From: Candidatus Egerieisoma sp.
Lineage (GTDB): Bacteria; Bacillota; Clostridia; UBA1212; UBA1255
Direction: 5' to 3'
Length of the DNA: 64,000 nucleotides
NCBI GenBank assembly: GCA_045125595.1
Contig: JBGVNN010000054.1
Location: 74,182-138,181 of the forward strand
Shown here: positions 50,140 through 59,612 of the stretch, piece after piece
Numbering within the stretch: the first letter of the stretch is position 1
Layout of the letters: each line of letters opens with the position of its first letter
Position numbers and translations under genes: made by a program
The notes under the pieces: model-generated
Told to the model about the DNA's origin: nothing
Database searches by the model: none
Seen by the model: only the letters and a program-made list of their open reading frames with translations

Positions 50140-51171
50140 GTGATTTATATGCAAGATTGGAAGCAAGTAAGAGAAGCGATATCTGATGCGAGTATAATTA
50201 ATATATTTACTCATATACACGCTGATGGGGATTGTTTGGGCTCGGCTTTCTCTCTTGCATATTTTTTATGCGATCTCGGCAAACAAGTAAACATAATCAG
50301 CGAAGAAATTCCTCCGGAAAATCTTTCATTTATTTACAACGAGGCTTTGCCGGAAAAAATGAAATTTTTTGTATGGGATGATATAAAGAATAATTGTAAC
50401 ACAGAGCTTAAATCTGACCTTTCTGTTGCTGTTGATGTAAGCGATGTGAAACGTCTCGGAGATAGGGACGAGTTGTTTTATAAAGCTCCCAACAATGTAA
50501 GAATAGACCATCATCTTGCTACAGAAACATTCGCCGAAATTACAGTGTGTAACCCTGCTTGGGCAGCAACGGCCGAAGGTATATGGGAATTACTTAAAAC
50601 TTATGACGATTTTAAAGATTTACCTCATTTGACAGAAATTGCCAAAAATGTATATACGGGTATATTGACAGACACAGGGTGCTTTGCGTACTCAAATGTA
50701 ACGGCTGATACACATATGATAGCGTCTGAAATACTTTCGCTCACCGGCAGTTTGGCGTGGATTTATTCTGCTGTTTATGAAAATATTTCAAAAAATGAAA
50801 TTGCGCTTAAAGCCAAAGCTTATAACAAGGTGGAGTATTATGCAGACGGCAGAATTGCTTTTTTGCAAATAAGCAAAGAAGATATGGCAGAAACCGCTAC
50901 AAATGATGACGATTTAAGTGGATTGGCACCATTTTTAAGAACTATTAAGGGCGTGAGTGTGGGAATTCTTGTAAAACCCGGCAAACTTTACGGACAATGC
51001 AGAATAAGTTTGCGTTCGGATGAACATTGTGATGTGAACGCAGTTGCTACTGCTTTTGGAGGGGGAGGCCATAAAAGAGCTGCAGGATTGGTATATTCTC
51101 CTGAAAATGGCATGTTGTTTGAAGAATATAAAGAAAAGTTGATTGGTGAAGTGCGAAAATGGATGGTGTAA
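50140..51171 (+). CDS. nrnA: DHH/DHHA1 family phosphoesterase (NrnA-like)
   Basis: H..DGDCLGS, IDHH, TDTG, SLRS, GGGGHKRAAG. Confidence 0.88.
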   Translation: MIYMQDWKQVREAISDASIINIFTHIHADGDCLGSAFSLAYFLCDLGKQVNIISEEIPPENLSFIYNEALPEKMKFFVWDDIKNNCNTELKSDLSVAVDVSDVKRLGDRDELFYKAPNNVRIDHHLATETFAEITVCNPAWAATAEGIWELLKTYDDFKDLPHLTEIAKNVYTGILTDTGCFAYSNVTADTHMIASEILSLTGSLAWIYSAVYENISKNEIALKAKAYNKVEYYADGRIAFLQISKEDMAETATNDDDLSGLAPFLRTIKGVSVGILVKPGKLYGQCRISLRSDEHCDVNAVATAFGGGGHKRAAGLVYSPENGMLFEEYKEKLIGEVRKWMV

Positions 51172-52106
51172 TTAATGTTTATAAACCGGCCGGAATGACT
51201 TCTTTTACTTGTGTTTCTAAAGTAAGAAGGGCTCTTGGTGAGAAAAAAGCAGGCCATGCAGGCACTTTAGACCCTGAGGCTTCAGGTGTGCTTCCTGTTT
51301 GTATTGGAAAAGGTACTAAATGTGTCGATGAATTTTTAAACATGCCCAAGAGATATACGGGAGAAGTAACATTTGGCTTTAAAACGGATACTTGCGACAT
51401 ATGGGGAGCAAAAACAGATTCTATAGAAGTCGATGATAATAAATTAAAAAGTCTTGATATTAATAAAGTGATAGAGGCTGCAGAGCATTTTCGTGGAGAA
51501 ATAGAACAGATACCTCCCGATTATGCCGCAATCAAAATAGGCGGTGTACCTGCTTATAAACTGGCAAGACAAGGTAAAGAATTTGAAATGAGAAGCCGTA
51601 AGGTTACGGTATATGAGATAACTGTTAAAGATTTTGTGGCAAAAGAGGGAGAATATCCCAAAGCTGTAATTGATGTTAAGTGTTCGAGAGGTACGTATAT
51701 CAGGTCGATTTTCAGAGATTTGGGTGAATATCTCGGTGTGTTTGGCTGTATGTCAGCTTTAGAACGTACGGAATATGGCTTTTTAAGTGCCCCAAAAGGT
51801 GTCCGTATTGAAGATATAGAAAAAGATACGGTGGTATGTTATACTCCGGATTATATATTGAGAGATTATAAAAAGATAATTCTTGACAAGAAAGAAGAAA
51901 AGAAATACCGAAACGGTGTATCTTTTGATATAAAAAATATTGCAGAGCGTGTAGGCGCTGATGTTGAAAACGGAGAATTGTTAAGGGTTTATACTATGGA
52001 TAAGAAATTTTTAGCTACAGCAAAGGCAGAAATTTCAGAAGACCATATAATGAAGCTTAAAACCGATAAGTTTTTTGACTGCGAGGAGGTAATGTGTTTT
52101 GAATAA
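51159..52106 (+). CDS. truB: tRNA pseudouridine(55) synthase
   Basis: KPAGMTS, GHAGTLDP, Q.PP.Y.AIK..G, CSRGTYIR. Confidence 0.96.
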   Translation: MDGVINVYKPAGMTSFTCVSKVRRALGEKKAGHAGTLDPEASGVLPVCIGKGTKCVDEFLNMPKRYTGEVTFGFKTDTCDIWGAKTDSIEVDDNKLKSLDINKVIEAAEHFRGEIEQIPPDYAAIKIGGVPAYKLARQGKEFEMRSRKVTVYEITVKDFVAKEGEYPKAVIDVKCSRGTYIRSIFRDLGEYLGVFGCMSALERTEYGFLSAPKGVRIEDIEKDTVVCYTPDYILRDYKKIILDKKEEKKYRNGVSFDIKNIAERVGADVENGELLRVYTMDKKFLATAKAEISEDHIMKLKTDKFFDCEEVMCFE

Positions 52107-53154
52107 AAGCATAAAATATGCAGTACTTATACCGGCGTACAAGCCGGATGAAAAATTTGTGGATTTTGTTACATTGTTGACAACAAAAAACATCCCGGTT
52201 GTTGCTGTGGACGATGGTAGCGGAGAGGCATGCTCTGAGTTCTTTAATGCGGCAGAACGTTTGGGGTGCGTTGTTGTTCATCATGATGTTAATAAAGGCA
52301 AAGGACAGGCTTTAAGGACGGGATTTGAGGAAATTATTCGTCTTAACTCAAAAGGCGCAGGATATAACTACGTTGTTACTGCCGACTGTGACGGTCAACA
52401 CGATCTTCAAGCAATAAATACTGTTGTTGAAGCTGCAGAAGAATCTTTGTTGAGCGAAAAAGGACCTGCTTTTGTAATAGGCGGCAGATTTCGTGATGAT
52501 GGAGAGAAAATACCATTTAAGTCAAAACTTGGCAACGGATTTACAAGACTTATTTTTAAATTGGCAACGGGCTTGTCGATACATGATACCCAAACGGGGT
52601 TGAGAGCTGTACCGGAGTGCCTGTTTGAGGAAGTGCTTAAAGTAAAAGGCGACAGATATGAGTATGAAATGAATATGCTTTTGCAAATAAAAACGTGGCA
52701 TGTACAATACAAAGAAGTACAGATAAAGACTATTTATTTTGATAATAATGCAGGCACACATTTCCATCCATTCAGGGACTCATTCTTGGTAATTTCTCAA
52801 ATACTGAAATTTGCATTGTCGTCGATGCTTTCATTTGCATTCGATTATGCGCTTTTTACAGTTTTTACTATGGCGCTTGGTTGGCAATACTCTTTGGCAT
52901 ATGCTTGTGCACGAGTTTTAAGCGGTATTTTTAATTATATATTAAATGCTAAAGTTGTTTTTGGCAAAGCATCAGGAAAAAGCTTTATAAAATACATGTG
53001 CTTGTGGGCTGTGATTCTTGTTCTCGGTTCATGGGGTGGTCAATTTATAAACGACTATTTAAATTTGCCGAAAATTGTATGTAAACTTATTGTTGACTTG
53101 CCGCTTTTCTGTTTGAGCTATTGGGTTCAAAAAATATTTGTATTTAAAAGGTGA
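52099..53154 (+). CDS. GT2 (polyprenol-phosphate glycosyltransferase-like) fused to a GtrA-like flippase domain
   Basis: LIPAYKP, VDDGS, NKGKG, TADCDGQH, DTQTGLR, RYEYEM; C-terminal 4-TM GtrA-like region. Confidence 0.88.
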   Translation: MNKSIKYAVLIPAYKPDEKFVDFVTLLTTKNIPVVAVDDGSGEACSEFFNAAERLGCVVVHHDVNKGKGQALRTGFEEIIRLNSKGAGYNYVVTADCDGQHDLQAINTVVEAAEESLLSEKGPAFVIGGRFRDDGEKIPFKSKLGNGFTRLIFKLATGLSIHDTQTGLRAVPECLFEEVLKVKGDRYEYEMNMLLQIKTWHVQYKEVQIKTIYFDNNAGTHFHPFRDSFLVISQILKFALSSMLSFAFDYALFTVFTMALGWQYSLAYACARVLSGIFNYILNAKVVFGKASGKSFIKYMCLWAVILVLGSWGGQFINDYLNLPKIVCKLIVDLPLFCLSYWVQKIFVFKR

Positions 53155-53159
53155 TTTAA

Positions 53160-53837
53160 ATGAGCAATCGTGTTTATATTTTTACAGGTCATTATGGCAG
53201 CGGTAAGACTGAAACTGCCGTTAATTTTGCTTTGAAATTAAAGCAAAAAGAAAATAATGTGGCATTAATTGACCTTGATATAGTAAATCCGTTTTTTCGT
53301 TCTGCCGATGCAGTGGACTTATTGAAAGAAGCAGGAGTGCGCGTGGAATTTCCGTTATTTGCAAATACGAATGTGGATATTCCCGCACTTACAGGAAATA
53401 TGGCAGCACTTATCCGAGACGAAGAATGGAATGTTATACTTGATGTCGGCGGTGATGATTTGGGTGCGAAGGCAGTAGGCAGATACAGCGATGATATTAT
53501 GTCGAGAGATTATGTGCACTACTTTGTGATGAATCCTAACAGACCTTTTACAAAAGATATGGAGTCGGCAACTAAAATTTTCAATGAAATTGAAGATGCT
53601 TCTTGTATAAAATGTACAGCAATAGTGGGCAGCACCAATTTACTTGATGAAACTACGGCAGAGACAGTTATGAATGGTTTGCCATTATTGGAAGAATTTG
53701 CCAAATCAAGAAACATCCCCATTGCTTATCACGCTGTAACTGCAGGAGCAGTAGAGGAGCTTCTGGATAAGCATCCGGACTTATTTAATGAGGAAAATAT
53801 TATAAAAATTAACAGAACTGTAAAAAGGCTGTTTTAA
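53160..53837 (+). CDS. MinD/CobQ-like P-loop ATP-binding protein
   Basis: GHYGSGKTE, DLDIVNPFFRS, DVGGD. Confidence 0.75.
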   Translation: MSNRVYIFTGHYGSGKTETAVNFALKLKQKENNVALIDLDIVNPFFRSADAVDLLKEAGVRVEFPLFANTNVDIPALTGNMAALIRDEEWNVILDVGGDDLGAKAVGRYSDDIMSRDYVHYFVMNPNRPFTKDMESATKIFNEIEDASCIKCTAIVGSTNLLDETTAETVMNGLPLLEEFAKSRNIPIAYHAVTAGAVEELLDKHPDLFNEENIIKINRTVKRLF

Positions 53838-53856
53838 TAGTTAATTTAGGAGATTT

Positions 53857-55677
53857 ATGGCTGATAATAAAATTATTTACGGTAATGTATCTGCGGTTAA
53901 AACGTCGATTCTGGAGCGTATGAAGGCATTTATTGACAATGTATACGAGCCCGGATGTTTTGTGCCGACAGAAATTTCCGAAATGATGAAAGAAGTTACA
54001 ATTGATACGAATAAAGAAGTGGCAGTTTTTCTTGACAGAAAAAACAGGGTACTCGCAGTGTCTTTAGGTGATGACAGAAGTGTATCATTGCCTGAACTCG
54101 AAGGCAGAAGAAGCAATCTGCGTTTGTGCGGAGTTCGTTGCATACACACTCACCCAAACGGGGGTGTCAGACCTTCTGATGTGGATATTCAGTCGCTGAA
54201 AACTATGCGCTACGACGCTATGGTTGTAATCGGTGTTGATACTGAACGGAAAATTGCGACGGGTGTTTCTGCTGCGGTTTTAAGCAGAAATGATACAGGT
54301 TTGTTTGTTGATTTTGAGCTTTATGGGCCGTATGCTTATTGGAAAAAACATAATTTAGACAGTCTTTTTGATGAACTTGCAATAAAAGACCGTGAGGCAG
54401 CAGAGTTTTCAAGTAATTCTCAAAAAGTAAAAGAAGATACAGAACGGGCAATTCTCGTGGGAGTTGTGCCTGACGGTATGCATGTTATAGGCAATCCCTT
54501 GGCTGAACTTCAGGAATTGGCGGAGTCTGCCGGCGCTGTTGTTGTTGGTTCATTTACTCAAAGGCGTGAGACACCCGAGGCAAAGACATATATAGGCAGA
54601 GGTCTTGCAGAAGATTTGGCATTAAGAAGACAAGGGCTGAATGCGGATATAGTGATTTTTGATGATGAACTTTCAGCGTCGCAAATAAGAAATCTTGAAA
54701 ATATAATTGGTGCCAGAGTAATAGACAGAACAGCTCTTATTCTTGATATTTTCGCCGCTCGTGCAAAATCAAGAGAAGGTAGGCTTCAAGTTGAATTGGC
54801 ACAGCAAAAGTACAGACTTCCTCGTTTGATGGGGCAGGGTACTGCACTTTCTCGTCTTGGCGGCGGAATAGGTACGCGCGGCCCCGGTGAAACGCAGCTT
54901 GAAACAGACAGACGCCACATTAAGAGAAAAATAAATTTTTTGGAAGCTCAACTTCGTGAAGTAAAAGAAAGACGAAGCGTACTTCGAAAAGAAAGACAAA
55001 AGAAAGAAATACCTACTGTTGCTGTGGTAGGATATACCAATGCAGGTAAATCTACATTGGTGAATGCTTTGTGCGAATCTGATGTTTTGGCAGAAGATAA
55101 ACTGTTTGCTACTCTTGATACATCAGTAAGACGTCTTGTAACACCTGAAAACAGAGACTTTTTGCTCATAGATACTGTTGGCTTTATACGAAAATTGCCT
55201 CATGACTTGGTAGAGGCTTTTAAATCTACACTTGAAGAGACGGTTTATGCAGATTTGCTTTTGCATGTTGTGGATTGCAGTAATCCTGATTTTGAGGCGT
55301 GCATAGATACGGTTGAAGGTATATTAAAAGAAATCGGCGCAGAGAATCGTCCTCGATATCTTGTTTTAAATAAAATTGATAAAGCACCTGCTGATGTTTT
55401 CCCTTCGCCGAGAATTGTACAAGGCTATGGCAAGGTTTTTAGGGTTTCAGCAGTTAACGGAGACGGCCTTGACGAGCTTCGTGAACAGACAATTAATTAT
55501 TTTGTCAGAGCAGATAAAAAGTTCGATATAGTAATACCTTACAGTAATGGTGGGTTGTTGTCATATTTGCATAACCACGGTAAAGTTGAATTGGAAGAAT
55601 ATACAGAATCCGGCATTCATGTAAAAGGTAAAATACCTCCTGAACATTACAGCAAAATTACTCGGGAGGGTATATGA
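53857..55677 (+). CDS. hflX: GTPase HflX, long form with an N-terminal extension
   Basis: DRTALILDIF, GGGIGTRGPGE, GYTNAGKS, LFATLD, DTVGFI, NKID. Confidence 0.95.
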   Translation: MADNKIIYGNVSAVKTSILERMKAFIDNVYEPGCFVPTEISEMMKEVTIDTNKEVAVFLDRKNRVLAVSLGDDRSVSLPELEGRRSNLRLCGVRCIHTHPNGGVRPSDVDIQSLKTMRYDAMVVIGVDTERKIATGVSAAVLSRNDTGLFVDFELYGPYAYWKKHNLDSLFDELAIKDREAAEFSSNSQKVKEDTERAILVGVVPDGMHVIGNPLAELQELAESAGAVVVGSFTQRRETPEAKTYIGRGLAEDLALRRQGLNADIVIFDDELSASQIRNLENIIGARVIDRTALILDIFAARAKSREGRLQVELAQQKYRLPRLMGQGTALSRLGGGIGTRGPGETQLETDRRHIKRKINFLEAQLREVKERRSVLRKERQKKEIPTVAVVGYTNAGKSTLVNALCESDVLAEDKLFATLDTSVRRLVTPENRDFLLIDTVGFIRKLPHDLVEAFKSTLEETVYADLLLHVVDCSNPDFEACIDTVEGILKEIGAENRPRYLVLNKIDKAPADVFPSPRIVQGYGKVFRVSAVNGDGLDELREQTINYFVRADKKFDIVIPYSNGGLLSYLHNHGKVELEEYTESGIHVKGKIPPEHYSKITREGI

Positions 55678-56333
55678 AAGATATTTATGCAACGTTGAAA
55701 ACACCCGGAGAAGCTGAATTTGAGGAGAAAAAGTCGAGATTTATAGGATGTGCGGCTCCGGTGACAACCGAAGAAGAAGCTCTTGCTTTTATAAAAGAAG
55801 TTAAGAATAAATATAAAAAAGCTCGTCATTATGTTTATGCATATAATTTGTGTTCTGAAGATGGCATTGTTATAAGCAGATACAGTGATGACGGTGAGCC
55901 GCAAGGGACAGCGGGGATGCCGACTCTTAATGCAATTCAAAGTCAGCATGTCGAAAATGCCGTAGTGGTTGTTGTCAGATATTTCGGTGGCATACTCTTA
56001 GGTGCCTCAGGATTGACTCGTGCTTATCGCAAAGCGGCGTCAATGGGAATAAGTGCTTGCGAGACAGTTAAAAAGATACTTTATGATGAGGTTTATGTAA
56101 GTGTCGACTATCAAATGTATAATTCTGTTCGCTATTTACTGACAAGCGGTACGAATGAAGATATAGTAAATGCAAGCTTTAAAATAGTAGAAGAAGAATT
56201 TGCAGAGGATGTTCTGATTCATATGTATATTGCAGTCGGTGATACTGCCATGATTTGTGAGTTGTTAACGGAGTTGACTCAAGGTAGGGCTGAAATCATA
56301 ATCGAAGAGAAAAAGGGGCGCTATACAGTTTGA
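55674..56333 (+). CDS. yigZ: YigZ/IMPACT family protein
   Basis: KKSRFIG, SDDGEPQGTAG, VVRYFGGILLGASGL.RAY. Confidence 0.93.
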   Translation: MKDIYATLKTPGEAEFEEKKSRFIGCAAPVTTEEEALAFIKEVKNKYKKARHYVYAYNLCSEDGIVISRYSDDGEPQGTAGMPTLNAIQSQHVENAVVVVVRYFGGILLGASGLTRAYRKAASMGISACETVKKILYDEVYVSVDYQMYNSVRYLLTSGTNEDIVNASFKIVEEEFAEDVLIHMYIAVGDTAMICELLTELTQGRAEIIIEEKKGRYTV

Positions 56334-57661
56334 TTAAAGATTATTATGCGGATGAAATTATACGTATATTAAACGAAAACGGATATGAAGCATATTATGT
56401 AGGAGGCTGTGTAAGAGATGCTCTTTTGGGGTTAATTCCGCATGATTTTGATATTACCACAAGTGCGAAACCTGAAGAGACAGCGCGGATTTTTCGTGAT
56501 ATAGGATATACTGTGATTGAAACGGGCATTAAGCACGGCACTGTTACAGTGGTTTGCGACAAGAAGCCGTATGAAGTGACAACTTTCCGTATGGACGGAA
56601 AGTACAGCGACAGCCGACACCCTGAAAGCGTTGAGTTTGTAACTTCTATTAGGGAAGATTTAGCAAGGCGCGATTTTACCGTAAATGCCATGGCGTACCA
56701 TCCCGAATATGGCGTGGTAGATTATTTTGGCGGGCAAGAAGATTTGAAAAGTAAAATTATACGCTGTGTGGGAGAACCTGTTAAACGCTTTGAAGAGGAT
56801 GCTTTGAGAATTTTAAGAGCATTGAGATTTGCAGGCAGATTTAATTTTACAATAGAGGAAAAAACTTCCATTGCTGTAAAAGATTGCAGAGAATTGTTGA
56901 AAAATATATCTGCAGAGAGAATTTATATTGAACTTTGCGGCATATTGATGTCTGCTGATGCGTCCGATATTATAAGAAAATACATTGATGTTATAGGTGT
57001 TTTTTTGCCGGAATTGTTGCCGATGGTTGGTTTTGAGCAAAAATCACGGTGGCATATATATGATGTTTTTGAGCATACTTTAGTGGCTCTGAAAAATTCT
57101 CCGCGAGATTTGATTACGAGGCTTGCGGTACTTTTTCATGATGTGGCAAAGCCTTTGGTTTGTACGGAGGATGCAGAGGGCTTCCGTCATTTTAAGGGAC
57201 ACCAAAAGGCGGGAAGCGATATAGCTGATGTAGTGTTGAAAAGGCTGAAAGCAGACAATGATACGCGTAAGCGTGTGTGTAATTTGATTCTTCACCACGA
57301 TGACAGAATACCGGCGCAGGAAGTTTCTGTTTTAAGACTTATGAGGAGAATGGGAGAGGATACACAGCGTGCGATAGATGTGGAGAAGGCTGATCATTCT
57401 GCTCAAAATCTGTTGATGGTTTCAGATCGCTTTAATGAATTGATTGAAATAGAAAATATTTACAGAGATTTGCATAATGCCAAAGATCTTTGCTTAAATT
57501 TGTCTGATTTGGATATTTCAGGTAATGATATTATTGCTTGCGGCGTGGAAAAAGGTCGCAAAGTAGGCGAAATATTAAATATTTTACTCGATGAAGTGAT
57601 AGAAAAAAGGCTCCCCAATAAAAGGGAAGCCCTTGTGGATTTCGTTAAAAATTTAATTTGA
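56330..57661 (+). CDS. cca: CCA tRNA nucleotidyltransferase family protein with an HD domain
   Basis: VGGCVRD, DFDITT, RRDFTVNA, EDALRILR, ERI; HD motif LFHDVAK. Confidence 0.85.
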   Translation: MIKDYYADEIIRILNENGYEAYYVGGCVRDALLGLIPHDFDITTSAKPEETARIFRDIGYTVIETGIKHGTVTVVCDKKPYEVTTFRMDGKYSDSRHPESVEFVTSIREDLARRDFTVNAMAYHPEYGVVDYFGGQEDLKSKIIRCVGEPVKRFEEDALRILRALRFAGRFNFTIEEKTSIAVKDCRELLKNISAERIYIELCGILMSADASDIIRKYIDVIGVFLPELLPMVGFEQKSRWHIYDVFEHTLVALKNSPRDLITRLAVLFHDVAKPLVCTEDAEGFRHFKGHQKAGSDIADVVLKRLKADNDTRKRVCNLILHHDDRIPAQEVSVLRLMRRMGEDTQRAIDVEKADHSAQNLLMVSDRFNELIEIENIYRDLHNAKDLCLNLSDLDISGNDIIACGVEKGRKVGEILNILLDEVIEKRLPNKREALVDFVKNLI

Positions 57662-58144
57662 TTATTTTTCTTCTTTTTTAAGTAAATCACGAATTTCAAT
57701 GAGGAGCTTGTCTGTTGAGCTGATTTCGGGCTCTGCGGGAGCTTCTTCTGCTTTTGCTTCCTCTTCTTGTTTCTTAAGACGCTTTGCTGCGGCTTCTGCT
57801 TTGTTGTGTACTGCCATGGCAACTTTGATAACAACAAAAATTGTGAATGCAATTATCAAGAAGTCGATTATTGTTTGGAGGAAAGCACCCCATAAAACAG
57901 CGTTTTCGGGAGTAACTACTGTTTCTACACCGTCAACAATTTCTACTACTTCTTTTTGAAGTATGTATTTTTGGTCAGCAAGACTTGAACCACCCAAAAG
58001 AAGACCGATTAATGGTGTGATGATGTTGCTTACCAAAGCATTAACGATATCTTTGAAAGCGCCGCCTACTACAACACCGATAGCCATATCTACAACATTG
58101 CCTTTTGTTATAAATGCTTTAAAATCACTAAAAAACTTTTTCAT
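57662..58144 (-). CDS. mscL: Large-conductance mechanosensitive channel
   Basis: FKAFITKGNVVDMAIGVVVGGAF, LLIEIRDLLK; start placed at ATG 58144. Confidence 0.95.
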   Translation of the reverse strand: MKKFFSDFKAFITKGNVVDMAIGVVVGGAFKDIVNALVSNIITPLIGLLLGGSSLADQKYILQKEVVEIVDGVETVVTPENAVLWGAFLQTIIDFLIIAFTIFVVIKVAMAVHNKAEAAAKRLKKQEEEAKAEEAPAEPEISSTDKLLIEIRDLLKKEEK

Positions 58145-58270
58145 TTTAATTTCATATCCTTTCACCGAAAATTTATCTTGTTGCATTTTATCATATGGCG
58201 GAATATTTTACTATACCTAAAAATAAAATATTATTAATTGCTTTAAAGAATCGGAGTGCGATTTAATAAT

Positions 58271-58963
58271 ATGGGAATTTTAAGCAGAATAAAAGCTCTT
58301 TTCAGTGGTTTTTTGGGCACGACAGCTGATAAACTCGAGGCTAAAAATCCGCAACTTTTGATAAAAGAGGCTGAAGAAAAAATTCAAAAAAGCAGAAAAG
58401 AGGCGCAAAAACAACTTGTAGAGATACAAACTTGGGCAGAAACGGTTCGCATTGATGTGAAAGAGGCTGAAGTTAAATTGACAGATGTAAAAACAAAAAT
58501 TACCATTGCAACAGACGAAAGAGATAAAAAGTTACTTACAGAGCTTTTGATGGCAGAAGAACAATTGGAAAATGAACTTGAAGAAAAAAAGCGTCTTCAC
58601 AAGGCTGCCGTTGAAGAAGCAATCAGAGTTCGTGATAATTACAAATGCTTTGAATCGGAAATGCACTCTCGCCTCAGAGAGCTTGATGCAATCAAAACGC
58701 AAAGCGAGATAGTTGCAATGAGAGAAAAAATTTCCGCAACGAATTATCGCTACGGAAATGACTACGATGACAATATTAATGCTGTGCGCCGCTCTTTAAA
58801 TCAAAGGTGCGCAAAAATAACAGCAATGGAGCAGCTTCAAACAGACAGCTCTGATTTAAATATTAAAATGCTTGTTGATAAAGCTGCAGTGAAAAGGGCA
58901 GAAGCTAAAGCAACAGCCCTGTTAGAATCAAGTATTACAGCAGAAATTCCAGCATTTCACTGA
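58271..58963 (+). CDS. pspA: PspA/IM30 family coiled-coil protein
   Basis: MGILSRIKALF amphipathic N-terminus, ENP-like (KNPQ) motif, long coiled coil. The start could instead be GTG 58256. Confidence 0.7.
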   Translation: MGILSRIKALFSGFLGTTADKLEAKNPQLLIKEAEEKIQKSRKEAQKQLVEIQTWAETVRIDVKEAEVKLTDVKTKITIATDERDKKLLTELLMAEEQLENELEEKKRLHKAAVEEAIRVRDNYKCFESEMHSRLRELDAIKTQSEIVAMREKISATNYRYGNDYDDNINAVRRSLNQRCAKITAMEQLQTDSSDLNIKMLVDKAAVKRAEAKATALLESSITAEIPAFH

Positions 58964-59594
58964 TACTGCTGCCTGCCATATCTGCACCCAACTCCTCAAA
59001 AAATGCCTTGTCAAATGTAGTAGTGACGCCGAAGCAATACATTCCGGCTGCTTTTGCGGCTTGTACACCGCTGATGGCGTCCTCTGCTACAAGGCAATTC
59101 TCAGGATTAAGACCGAGTCTTGCGGCCGCTGTGAGAAAAATTTCCGGGTCGGGCTTCCTGTTTTTTACATCTGAACCGCAAACTACGGCATCGAGGCTGT
59201 TGAGGTCAATTTTTGCGGAAGTGATATTAACGTCAAGCTTTCTTTTTATTGAACTTGATGCGATTGCCGTTTTATAGCCTCTGTTGTGAAGCTCTTTAAG
59301 TGTCTCCGGTACTTTTGGGAAAGTGAAAATCTGCGAAGGTGCGATTTCACAATATATATCATATATACGTTCGGCAATTTCTTTAGTGTATACACCGCCG
59401 TGCATTCTAACGACAGAACCGAAATATGTTTCTTCGTTTGTGCCGAAAAAAGGCACAAAGTCTTCGGGCTTCGCATATATTTTATAATCTGCCATACCCA
59501 TTACAGAAGCGTTTGCCATAACTGCTTCAGAATCAACCAAAACGCCGTCCATATCAAATATAATACCTTTTATCTTAGAAAAATCTATTGCCAT
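58935..59594 (-). CDS. HAD family phosphatase (beta-phosphoglucomutase-like)
   Basis: FDMDGVLVDS, KPDPEIF, ED...GV.AAKAAG. Confidence 0.9.
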   Translation of the reverse strand: MAIDFSKIKGIIFDMDGVLVDSEAVMANASVMGMADYKIYAKPEDFVPFFGTNEETYFGSVVRMHGGVYTKEIAERIYDIYCEIAPSQIFTFPKVPETLKELHNRGYKTAIASSSIKRKLDVNITSAKIDLNSLDAVVCGSDVKNRKPDPEIFLTAAARLGLNPENCLVAEDAISGVQAAKAAGMYCFGVTTTFDKAFFEELGADMAGSSISEMLEFLL

Positions 59595-59612
59595 TTTTTT
59601 ATCCCTCTTTTG

